Translations under genes and position numbers: made by a program
Notes under the pieces: model-generated
Seen by the model: only the letters and a program-made list of their open reading frames with translations
Told to the model about the DNA's origin: nothing
The model's database searches: none
Shown: piece after piece, positions 15,985 to 24,116 of the stretch
Position numbering within the stretch: the first letter of the stretch is position 1
How the letters are laid out: every line of letters starts with the position of its first letter
Source: Anaerolineales bacterium
GTDB lineage: Bacteria; Chloroflexota; Anaerolineae; Anaerolineales; Villigracilaceae
Assembly: GCA_035716785.1 (NCBI GenBank)
Contig: DASTJG010000112.1
Coordinates: 1 to 34,711 of the forward strand
Reading direction: 5' to 3'
DNA length: 34,711 nt

Positions 15985-16031
15985 AGACGTTTATCTATTT
16001 GAGATTATATCGAAGTTTGTCTATTTGTCAA
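15983..16031 (-). promoter_or_regulatory. arsR promoter with two operators
   Basis: TTGACA-16 nt-TATAAT. ATAGACAAACTTCGAT (16009-16024) fills the spacer and ATAGATAAACGTCTAT (15983-15998) overlaps the start codon. Confidence 0.85.
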
Positions 16032-16035
16032 GAGA

Positions 16036-16076
16036 GAAAAAGTCTCCGAAGATGCCCAGAAAGCGGAGACTTTTTC
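16036..16076 (-). terminator. Terminator after the EamA gene
   Basis: GAAAAAGTCTCCG...CGGAGACTTTTTC. Confidence 0.75.
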
Positions 16077-16093
16077 TTATCCTGAATTTTTAG

Positions 16094-17005
16094 TCAGCCG
16101 GACGTGGCCTGTTGTCCTTCATGGACCTCTGGTTTCTTTGGCTCCCAATTTGCGATGGCAAGGCTCGAAACAATCAGGGCCGCACCAGTGAGCAACTCCC
16201 AGGTAAGTTGTTCCTGCAGGAAAAGGACACCCAGGATCACGCCGCCCAAGGGGAAGAGATACGTCACCATCGTCGTGCGCGTGGGTCCGATTTCATGGAT
16301 CAGGTAGTAAGCCATCACAAAGGCCAGTCCTGATCCAAAAATCCCGAGCCAAAGCAAGGCTACCCAGGTGATTCCCAATTGCGGCACTTTGACTGGACTC
16401 TCGAACAGGAATGTCGCCAGCCACATGGCTGCAGAGGCGGAGACCAGCGGCCCCGCGCTGCGCAGAATCCCTGGTGTATCTTCTGTGACCTTACGCGCGT
16501 AGACGGAACTCACCGCATAAAAAACAGATGCCAGAATGACAGCGGCCTGTCCGAGCAGGGAACTGGTCGAAGCATGGATGAGATCTCTGCTCATCAAAAC
16601 GACCACGCCTGCAAACCCGGTTAGCAACCCCAGGACCTTTGGCAGCGTGATCTTGTCGTCGTGCAGCAAATAGTGAGCGATCAAAATGGTGAAGAGCGGC
16701 ACGGTCGCGTCGAGAACAGAGGCGACAGCTGAATCGATGAACTGTTCCCCCCATGAGATCAGGAAGAATGGAATGGCGATGTTCGTGAATCCAAGCAGTA
16801 TCAAAGGTACCCAGGATCTAAAACTGCGCGGCCAGGAAACGCGTTGGATAAGGATCACGGCGAGACCAAATAAAAGTCCGAACAGGGCCCGAAACGCGAC
16901 CAGCGTAATAGGACCGATCTCCTGCACAGCGATCTTGATCCACATAAAGGAGGAGCTCCAGATCGCGCCCAGCAGAATAAAGACGAGCCAATGTTTGAGT
17001 TTCAA
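16094..17005 (-). CDS. DMT/EamA-family transporter
   Basis: IWSSSF, PFFLISWGEQ, two EamA repeats, about 10 TM helices. TTG start after AAGGAG. Confidence 0.92.
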   Translation of the reverse strand: MKLKHWLVFILLGAIWSSSFMWIKIAVQEIGPITLVAFRALFGLLFGLAVILIQRVSWPRSFRSWVPLILLGFTNIAIPFFLISWGEQFIDSAVASVLDATVPLFTILIAHYLLHDDKITLPKVLGLLTGFAGVVVLMSRDLIHASTSSLLGQAAVILASVFYAVSSVYARKVTEDTPGILRSAGPLVSASAAMWLATFLFESPVKVPQLGITWVALLWLGIFGSGLAFVMAYYLIHEIGPTRTTMVTYLFPLGGVILGVLFLQEQLTWELLTGAALIVSSLAIANWEPKKPEVHEGQQATSG

Positions 17006-17018
17006 TTAAACATCTCCT

Positions 17019-17528
17019 TTAACCTATAAGTTGCTCGGTATTATTCATTTGCGCGGCCTGCCACGGCTGGGTTACGAAATGACGAGGCTGGTAGGTGCCA
17101 GGCACATCGCCGAAGATGGTGAACCGGTTCCAGGCATTGATGGTTACGATGGCGATCATCAGCTTGACCATCTCTTCATCGCTGAACTGCCCCCGCGCCT
17201 GCTCATAGATCTCGTCTGGCACTCGTCCGTCTGCAATTAAAGTAACGGCTTCTGTAAATGCCAAAGCAGCGCGCTCCCGGTCGGTGTAATAGGGTGTTTC
17301 GCGCCACACACTGAGGTTATACAGTCGCTGTTCGGTTTCGCCCCCGCTGCGTGCATCCTTGCTGTGCATGTCAATGCAATAAGCGCAGCCGTTGATCTGC
17401 GAGGCGCGTAGTTTGATCAGCCCTAACAGGGCTGGCTCCAGTCCGCAATTTTGACTGTAGTCATCCAACGCATTCATCAGGTGTAATCCCTCGGGAAGAA
17501 CCTTCGAATAATTAATTTTTTGTTTCAT
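17019..17528 (-). CDS. AhpD/carboxymuconolactone decarboxylase family protein
   Basis: LRASQINGCAYCIDMH, WRE, ERAALAFTEAVT, INAWNR. Confidence 0.93.
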   Translation of the reverse strand: MKQKINYSKVLPEGLHLMNALDDYSQNCGLEPALLGLIKLRASQINGCAYCIDMHSKDARSGGETEQRLYNLSVWRETPYYTDRERAALAFTEAVTLIADGRVPDEIYEQARGQFSDEEMVKLMIAIVTINAWNRFTIFGDVPGTYQPRHFVTQPWQAAQMNNTEQLIG

Positions 17529-17593
17529 TAAATTTGCTCCTCTTCTAAATTGATTAAGAGCAAATATAGAATATCCATGGCCCTTTTACAAGA

Positions 17594-17624
17594 ACCACTT
17601 CGTGACCAAACTGTGGTACCACTT
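17594..17624 (-). promoter_or_regulatory. Putative MocR/GabR binding direct repeats upstream of the AhpD gene
   Basis: Minus strand AAGTGGT twice, 24 nt apart, between the MocR gene and the ahpD-eamA unit. Confidence 0.55.
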
Positions 17625-17642
17625 TGATTCTTTATGGAATGT

Positions 17643-19115
17643 TCAAGCAGAGCCTAATAATGCCCCCAGGCGCCGGACACCTTCTTTTATTTCCCGCACA
17701 CTGAAGCCCCCATAACCCAGCAACAATCCTTTGCGTGGAAGTGGTTCGATACTAAAACTTGAAATCGGCGTAAGGTTCAAATCGTAATCTGCTGCTTTGT
17801 TTACCAATGTCCAATCGTCCATTCCCTCTGGCAGCCAGCCGACACAGTGAATCCCTGCTTCGGGTGAGTCAATCATCAATGGCAGTTCCCTGGCAGCATT
17901 CAGCAGCGTATTGCGCCGCTCGGCATACAACGTTCGCATCCGCCTGAGATGCCGTCGGAAGTGACCTTCTGTGATGAAATTCGTCAGCACAGCCTGCTCC
18001 AGCATGGGAGAATGAATATCGATGAGGCGACGCACTTTCAGAAATGAATCGACCAGCAGAGATGGCAGGATCATATAGCCAACGCGCATGGATGGAAAGA
18101 GTACTTTACTGAAGGTCCCAATGTAGATCACACGGTCCGCATCGTCGAGCCCCTGAAGAGTGGCCAGCGGACGCGAGGCAAAGCGGAACTCACTGTCATA
18201 ATCGTCTTCGATAACATAGGCATTGGCACGTTTTACCCAGTCCAACAGCGCCAATCGCCGCGCGAGCGACATGGTCACTCCCAGAGGAAACTGATGCGAC
18301 GGGGTGAGATAAACCAGCCGTGCCTCCGGTGCGCGTTCCATCCCAATATTAACCATCAATCCTTCCTCATCGATGGGAACGGGAATCACCTGTGCGCCTG
18401 CGCCGAGGAAAGCGCCGCGCGCGCCGGGGTAGCCAGGATCCTCCAGCCAGACCGGATCGCCAGGGTTGATCAACATCCGCGCAGCCAAGTCGAGAGCGCC
18501 CTGCGAACCGGGAACGATCATCACCTGTTCGGGGACACAATGTACCTGGCGGGAGACCGAGACATGAGCAGCGATCGCTTCCCGTAACGGTCGGTAACCC
18601 GCCGAATCCTGATACAAAAAAGTACTTGCAGGCATCCGCCTCGCCTGACGAACAACCAGCCGCGACCAAAGTTGATAGGGAAAGACATCCAGAGCCGGCG
18701 CCTCGGGCATAAATGGACGCGGTGACTTGCTTGCGGATGGAGATTGCGAAACAGCGATCTGGGCTTGGGCGCGTTTGGAGAAAAACGGTTGAGGCGATGC
18801 CGTGGGACGGCCCCGCGCAATTTTCGGCTGAGGAGGCTGCGGCGCTGTCAACAGTAGATCAGGCAGGATATGTGCGACAAACGTCCCGCTGCCTCCCCGG
18901 CTTTCCAGATATCCCTCCGCCAGCAACTGCCGGTAGGCGTTGAGCACTGTGTTGCGCGAGATGTTCAACTCGTCTGCCAGCGCCCGCGTAGATGGAAGCT
19001 TCATCCCATCCTTCAATTCGCCGGAGAGGATCGCAGCGCGCATGTGAGCGTAAAGCGCCTGATAAAGGGGGGCATTGGAAGCAGGCTGGAATGGATTGCC
19101 TTTAAAAATACCTAT
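17643..19115 (-). CDS. MocR/GabR-family PLP-dependent regulator (start uncertain: first ATG 19043, frame open to ATA 19115)
   Basis: PLYQALYAHMRAAILSG..LPSTRALA..SRNTV wHTH, TPSHQFPLG, EDDYDSEF, GTFSK. Confidence 0.9.
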   Translation of the reverse strand: MGIFKGNPFQPASNAPLYQALYAHMRAAILSGELKDGMKLPSTRALADELNISRNTVLNAYRQLLAEGYLESRGGSGTFVAHILPDLLLTAPQPPQPKIARGRPTASPQPFFSKRAQAQIAVSQSPSASKSPRPFMPEAPALDVFPYQLWSRLVVRQARRMPASTFLYQDSAGYRPLREAIAAHVSVSRQVHCVPEQVMIVPGSQGALDLAARMLINPGDPVWLEDPGYPGARGAFLGAGAQVIPVPIDEEGLMVNIGMERAPEARLVYLTPSHQFPLGVTMSLARRLALLDWVKRANAYVIEDDYDSEFRFASRPLATLQGLDDADRVIYIGTFSKVLFPSMRVGYMILPSLLVDSFLKVRRLIDIHSPMLEQAVLTNFITEGHFRRHLRRMRTLYAERRNTLLNAARELPLMIDSPEAGIHCVGWLPEGMDDWTLVNKAADYDLNLTPISSFSIEPLPRKGLLLGYGGFSVREIKEGVRRLGALLGSA

Positions 19116-19187
19116 TGTTCACCCTTTCGTGTAAAAGATATTCTATCTCAACCATTACCAATTCCAGTTCGAATGGCTTCCCTAAAG

Positions 19188-19219
19188 TACTTGACAAAGT
19201 CAAGTATTTTGTATATCAT
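19188..19219 (+). promoter_or_regulatory. marR promoter with palindromic operator over the -35; leaderless mRNA likely
   Basis: TACTTGAC-aaa-GTCAAGTA. TTGACA-17 nt-TATCAT ends 6 nt before ATG 19226. Confidence 0.8.
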
Positions 19220-19225
19220 GAGCAT

Positions 19226-19660
19226 ATGGCACAAAAGCAGGAATTCATTGAGAGAATCAGAAGCTTCAACCGTTTCTATACAAATGTCATTGGCTTGCTC
19301 GACCGGCGTTTCCTTGATACTCCATTTTCGCTTACAGAGGGACGTGTCTTATATGAAATAAGTCACATGGAGGAATGCTCTGCCAGGAAAATCATGGAAC
19401 ATATTGTGATCGATGAGGGTTACCTGAGCAGGATCATTCACAAATTTACCAGGCAAGATCTGATCAGGAAGGCTCCATCGCCAAAGGACAAGCGCAGGCA
19501 TGTCATCCAGCTGACTGAAAAAGGGAAAAAGGAATTCTCGAAACTAAATGAGAATTCAGACAAACTGATCTCTGAATTAATCGAAAAGTTGTCCGATCAA
19601 GAAGTGGAAGATCTTACCCGCATGATGGGAAGGATCTATGAATTGCTGGATAAAGATTGA
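19226..19660 (+). CDS. MarR-family regulator (YbfA N-terminal type)
   Basis: IRSFNRFYT..IGLL, SLTEGRVLYEI, IDEGYLSRI, DKRR..LTEKG. Confidence 0.9.
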   Translation: MAQKQEFIERIRSFNRFYTNVIGLLDRRFLDTPFSLTEGRVLYEISHMEECSARKIMEHIVIDEGYLSRIIHKFTRQDLIRKAPSPKDKRRHVIQLTEKGKKEFSKLNENSDKLISELIEKLSDQEVEDLTRMMGRIYELLDKD

Positions 19661-19706
19661 CGCTGGTTGAAATTGCCAGCCTGATTGCAACAAGGAGATG
19701 AGCCCG

Positions 19707-20210
19707 ATGAAAAAAAATCTTTCCCTGGAAGATATTTCCATTCGCACGCAACTTCGCCCTGGCGATATCGGATATGTCATTTATCTACATGGAGACCTCT
19801 ACGGAAGGGAATATGGCTATGGCATTCCATTTGAGTCGTATGTTGCCAGGGGCTTGTGCGAGTTTTATGAAAAATATAATCCGGAAAGAAATCGGGTCTG
19901 GGTTTGTGAACATCACGACCGCATGGTCGGTTTCCTGCTGTTGATGGATCGGGGCAAAGCTGCCCAGCTGCGCTATTTTTTGATCCAGCCGGAGTATCGC
20001 GGGATTGGACTGGGGTCAAAGCTTATGAGCCTGTATATGGATTTTCTACGGGAATGTGGATACCGGGCATCCTACTTATGGACAACGCATGAACTAGGCA
20101 CTGCTGCATTTCTTTACAAGCGGGCCGGATTCAAGCTGACGGAGGAGAAGGAGTCGGCTGCTTTTGGAAAACCGTTGAAAGAACAAAGGTATGATCTGGT
20201 GTTTGCATAA
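19707..20210 (+). CDS. GNAT-family N-acetyltransferase (YbfA C-terminal type)
   Basis: PGDIGYV, AQLRYFL, YRGIGLGSKL (motif A), LWTT, LYKRAGF. AAGGAG SD favours ATG 19707 over 19698. Confidence 0.9.
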   Translation: MKKNLSLEDISIRTQLRPGDIGYVIYLHGDLYGREYGYGIPFESYVARGLCEFYEKYNPERNRVWVCEHHDRMVGFLLLMDRGKAAQLRYFLIQPEYRGIGLGSKLMSLYMDFLRECGYRASYLWTTHELGTAAFLYKRAGFKLTEEKESAAFGKPLKEQRYDLVFA

Positions 20211-20274
20211 TTTTTTCAAAACTACCCTGTTTGCCCCGGCGACACTCCCCGGCACCGACCAACCGGGGCGGTGT

Positions 20275-20425
20275 GCACCCGATTTGCTTGGCAAATCGTG
20301 CGTTCGGTGCAGTGCAGGTGAAGCAGCCGGGGTTGCGAGCCTTCGAGAAGCAATCCCACTTACCATGTATGAGATTGCTTCGTCGCTGCGCTGCTCCTTG
20401 ACAGTCTCATAGTATTCGCAATGAC
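20275..20425. repeat. Composite degenerate palindromic repeat (REP/RPE-like)
   Basis: CGATTTGC/GCAAATCG hairpin plus CGGTGCAGTGCAGG, then TTGCGAG..GAAGCAATC...GATTGCTTCGTCGCT...CGCAATGAC. Confidence 0.55.
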
Positions 20426-20447
20426 AAGGAATAAAGGAGATTTTCTT

Positions 20448-20756
20448 ATGATTGCTCGAATATGGCGAGGGTCCGCCATACCTGAAAAAGCGGAGGATTA
20501 TATAAAGCATCTTCAAAATTCTGTTCTCCCTGAATTACGCCAGATCGATGGATTCCGAGGCGTTACCCTGATGCGACAGGACTCAGCCGAACGCGTCGAA
20601 TTCATCGTTATGACTCTCTGGGAGTCAATGGATGCCGTCCATAAATTCGCGGGGGAGAATGCAGAAGCGGCTGTTGTCGCACCGGCAGCGCAGCCACTCT
20701 TTCGAGAATATGATTCGACCGTCAGACATTTTGAAGTTGTGTTAAATACGCAGTGA
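20448..20756 (+). CDS. ABM-family monooxygenase-like protein
   Basis: MIARIWRG, GFRG, EFIVMTLWESMDAVHKFAG, VRHFEV. AAGGAG SD. Confidence 0.85.
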   Translation: MIARIWRGSAIPEKAEDYIKHLQNSVLPELRQIDGFRGVTLMRQDSAERVEFIVMTLWESMDAVHKFAGENAEAAVVAPAAQPLFREYDSTVRHFEVVLNTQ

Positions 20757-21632
20757 TCATTTGTCTTCGGCGTGATCTTCAATCTGTTTTCTCAGTCCCA
20801 AGTTCTTGGCCACAACACGATCGATGAGGCGTTTTGGCATGATCCTGGGAAGGATGCGGCTGATAAAACTCCCTGGCGCCAGAGCATAGCGGACACGCGG
20901 CCTGGGCGTTGTCAGCGCGTGCCAGACGATTTCTCCCACTCTTTCTGCGGGGAGTCCGTTCCTCCCATTTTTGACCATAAATTTTTGAACATGGCGGGCG
21001 GGTTCGACATATTCGGTGTTCGCATACGCGGAGAGATCCAATTGCTCAGCTTTATCCCAAATAGGCGTGGCGATCGCACCGGGCGCCACAATGATGACGT
21101 CGATTCCGTACAGCATTAACTCCCGCCGCAGGCTTTCCGAGAAGCCCTCCAGTCCATGCTTTGAGGTCACATAGGCACCGACAAAAGGAAACCCAAACTT
21201 TCCGCTGGTGGAGCTGATGTTGATGATGCGTCCGGGTTTACCCCGCAGGGAACGGTCGGCACCGAGCAGAGGCACGAAAGCTTTCGTGACGCTCAACACG
21301 CTGACCAGGTTCACTTCCAACTGGTGCCGAAAATCGTCGGTGGATTGGTGGATTAACGGGGCCGGGACGGCGATCCCGGCGTTGTTCACCAGCCCGGACA
21401 GGATCTCGCCGTTGAGCTGCTCACGGACTTGATGCGCGGCGGCCCGGACGGCCGGTTCATCGGTCACATCGAAGAGCAATGGAACGAAATGTTCGCCAAA
21501 CTCTTTGGAAAGCCGTTCCGCGTCCTGGGTCTTGCGCACACTGCCGAAAACCCGGAAGCCGCGCTCGATAAGAAGTTTTGTGATCGCCCAACCGATCCCG
21601 GTTGAGACGCCGGTTACTACGACACTCTGCAT
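20757..21632 (-). CDS. Short-chain dehydrogenase/reductase
   Basis: TGVSTGIG, LVNNAG, YVTSK. Start set at ATG 21632 because the longer ORF overlaps the LysM gene. Confidence 0.93.
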   Translation of the reverse strand: MQSVVVTGVSTGIGWAITKLLIERGFRVFGSVRKTQDAERLSKEFGEHFVPLLFDVTDEPAVRAAAHQVREQLNGEILSGLVNNAGIAVPAPLIHQSTDDFRHQLEVNLVSVLSVTKAFVPLLGADRSLRGKPGRIINISSTSGKFGFPFVGAYVTSKHGLEGFSESLRRELMLYGIDVIIVAPGAIATPIWDKAEQLDLSAYANTEYVEPARHVQKFMVKNGRNGLPAERVGEIVWHALTTPRPRVRYALAPGSFISRILPRIMPKRLIDRVVAKNLGLRKQIEDHAEDK

Positions 21633-21754
21633 ATCCTGTCCTTTCCTCATTTTCTCGTCAGAGTTTCCATATGATAATTCACACTCATTACAAAAGCAAA
21701 GAAGCCCGGTTTCAATCAGGGCTTCTTCTCTTCTTATGTGGCAATGGAGTAGTA

Positions 21755-22501
21755 CTACCAGGTGCCGAGGGCCGGTTTTGTGTAGAACTTGCCGAGTTGA
21801 TCTCGCACCAGCATCCAGCCGGAGGTGTATCCCTTCACGGCCGGGTAGAGATGAACTTTTACCCACGCTTTCCCTTTGCTGTCGGTGAAAACCGAGGCGG
21901 GATCATAGAGCCAGGAACTGCCGTCGCGCCCCGAGGCAATGATCCTGCCGTTCGGTTCGGCGCGCACAAAGAGTCCGTATGTGTAGTCGATCTTTAGGGT
22001 GGCGTAAGTATCGATCGGTGACGAAGTAGGTTGGCAGTTACAGCAGTTGCAGGGATCTACGGGTGGAGGGGTGTAAATGGGCGTAGGAATTACCGCACCG
22101 GCGGGCAGATTGATCACCTGCCCGGCGTAGATCAAGCTGGGGTTGGTGATCTGTGGATTGACTGCCAGGATCGAACTTACGCTGCATCCGATGCGGGCGG
22201 CAATCTTCCCGATGGTATCTCCCTGCTGTACAACATACGTGCCGCCATAGGACGGGGCAGGGACGTATCCGGATGGAATGTAAAGCACCTGTCCCGCGTA
22301 GACCCACCAGCCAAGCCCCGGATTCGCGGACTGAATAGCTGTGACCGTGGTGCCGCAGCGCTGCGCGATCCCGCTCAGTGTGTCGCCCCACTGGACCGTG
22401 ATATAGCTCGGGCAGCCAGACCACGCGGAGGCGCCGCTCATCGGGGCAAATGAGACGACCAGGATCATAAGGACAACCAGCGTTTGGAAAATTCGTTTCA
22501 T
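21755..22501 (-). CDS. Secreted protein with two LysM domains and an SH3b-like C-terminal domain
   Basis: Signal peptide MKRIF..ASA, VQWGDTLSGIA and YVVQQGDTIGKIA, LFVRAEPNG. AGGAG SD. Confidence 0.88.
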   Translation of the reverse strand: MKRIFQTLVVLMILVVSFAPMSGASAWSGCPSYITVQWGDTLSGIAQRCGTTVTAIQSANPGLGWWVYAGQVLYIPSGYVPAPSYGGTYVVQQGDTIGKIAARIGCSVSSILAVNPQITNPSLIYAGQVINLPAGAVIPTPIYTPPPVDPCNCCNCQPTSSPIDTYATLKIDYTYGLFVRAEPNGRIIASGRDGSSWLYDPASVFTDSKGKAWVKVHLYPAVKGYTSGWMLVRDQLGKFYTKPALGTW

Positions 22502-22691
22502 TAGGCATTCTCCTATTTGCTCCCGAACTGAAATCGAACTAAACTCGTCGGAAAGCAAATTGACACTTCGTATATGCATAGAATACTCAAAAAAAGCGGC
22601 TTGTCAATAGAGAACAGGGGGGATAAGTTCTAAAGGTGCTCTGCGAAAAGCGTAACCTGCGATCATCCATCAAGGCCAGATTTCTGTTTCC

Positions 22692-23489
22692 TTATTTCAC
22701 ACCTGGCGAAGGAGCATATTTCTCCAGCAATTCTTCCACTTCTTTTGCCTTGTCTACAATTTCGGAACTCTCAAAGTGTTTGATTTCGAATAAATGGGTC
22801 AACTGTGCATATAACTCAGACAATCCTAGAATCTCTTCCACCTGTTCCCGTATCCATTTGTTATAGGCGATCGGGTAAGTCCGGTGGGCGATGAACAAGG
22901 CCTGCAAAAATTCCTGGTAGGAGTTGTAAAGCCGGTCAAAGGACTGGAAGTACAATCCTCGCTCGATATAAAGTGAAATGTGATGTAAATTATTGAGGCA
23001 GAACCAGCGCACTCGGTCCAGTCTTTGCTGGCGCAACTCCTCAGAGTAGTAGGGCAGCCATTGTCCCTTGAGCTGCTTGAAATAGTCGCTGCCCTCCCAT
23101 AGGGGGACACTGTACGCCAGGAAGTTCCCGATCTGGATCTCGAAATCGTCCGGTCCGGCCGCCTCGTCCTGTTCACCTGGTATGAAAACACCATTGATAA
23201 ATCCGGGATGTACGACGGAATACTTGCCAGCCTGATACAGGGCTTTGATCGTTCGATCTGACGTCTCGAATTCCTCCCAGCCTGCTTCCAAGTCCTTCAA
23301 TGGGGAGCGCGATGGATCGGGTTTGGCAAGTACGATAATGTCAAGGCAACTATCGCGCGTTGCCCTGCCGCGTGCGCATGAATTGACCAGTAAGACGGCG
23401 TCAACTTTGTAATTCGACACGAAAAAATCAACGATAACATCTGCCGCGGCTTGATGCTCCAGGGTTGGATACGTCGCCTGTAGTTGCAT
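22692..23489 (-). CDS. Nucleotidyltransferase-fold protein with variant motif
   Basis: VLLVNSCARGRATRDSCLDIIV aligns to hGSxARG....SDhD. Helical C-terminal domain with YNKW. Confidence 0.7.
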   Translation of the reverse strand: MQLQATYPTLEHQAAADVIVDFFVSNYKVDAVLLVNSCARGRATRDSCLDIIVLAKPDPSRSPLKDLEAGWEEFETSDRTIKALYQAGKYSVVHPGFINGVFIPGEQDEAAGPDDFEIQIGNFLAYSVPLWEGSDYFKQLKGQWLPYYSEELRQQRLDRVRWFCLNNLHHISLYIERGLYFQSFDRLYNSYQEFLQALFIAHRTYPIAYNKWIREQVEEILGLSELYAQLTHLFEIKHFESSEIVDKAKEVEELLEKYAPSPGVK

Positions 23490-23529
23490 GCTCTCTCTCC
23501 TCTACGTTGGTTTTGTAATTGTACTTACC

Positions 23530-23552
23530 GTAGGTCACATCGCAGATGTGAC
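23530..23552. repeat. GTAG-type REP-like hairpin
   Basis: GTAG-GTCACATC-gca-GATGTGAC. Confidence 0.55.
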
Positions 23553-23565
23553 AACTTCCTGAAAA

Positions 23566-24063
23566 CTAAGAATCTAACACCTCCAATGTGATTTCACCCT
23601 CCGTTGCACCAAGTGTGGCTGTGATGGTCCAGCAGCCCGGTTCCGGGAAGTTGAAGCCTGTTCCCCATTCCAAGCCCGGGCGCTCCCAGGTGGACTCTGG
23701 GTGAAATGTAGGTCCCCAGATCGGCTGAACAATAGTCCCCTCTTCATTGTGAGCCTGAAAATGAACCTCTGTCCCTGGCTCCGGGGCGTCAATCCGCCAG
23801 ACGATTTTCAACTCCTCATTTGCATGTGCCTCACCGAAAAACAACAAAGCCCAGATCTCACCCTCTGAATTCATCGTTGCCTGAATCTCAGGAAAGCTGT
23901 TGGGGGATTCCTGAATCTGAGAGGGCTGACAAACAGGTTCTGTCGTGGTCGGAGCAGGCTCCACAGGCAGAGTCTCCGCGCGTTCGAGATTTGGCATACA
24001 TGCTGCAACGAGAATCGAAACAAAAATAACTGTCAGTCGTCGGTACAGAATTTGCTTAACCAT
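23566..24063 (-). CDS. Hypothetical lipoprotein
   Basis: Lipobox VAAC, Pro/Thr linker, C-terminal FPEPGCWTI beta domain. Confidence 0.7.
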   Translation of the reverse strand: MVKQILYRRLTVIFVSILVAACMPNLERAETLPVEPAPTTTEPVCQPSQIQESPNSFPEIQATMNSEGEIWALLFFGEAHANEELKIVWRIDAPEPGTEVHFQAHNEEGTIVQPIWGPTFHPESTWERPGLEWGTGFNFPEPGCWTITATLGATEGEITLEVLDS

Positions 24064-24116
24064 AATCGTTGATCGACCTTTCTCACACCGATAAACAGGT
24101 CATGTCCGTGACATTT

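Noticed and set aside
10500-16090. hgc/ars cluster as a mobile island
   Set aside because: No integrase, transposase, tRNA or flanking direct repeats seen, and no obvious compositional break by eye
20094-20516. ORFs spanning the GNAT-ABM spacer (140 aa minus, 73 aa plus)
   Set aside because: They translate palindromic repeat DNA and overlap real genes
21633-21866. 78-aa N-terminal extension of the SDR ORF
   Set aside because: Overlaps the LysM gene; SD and Rossmann motif start at ATG 21632
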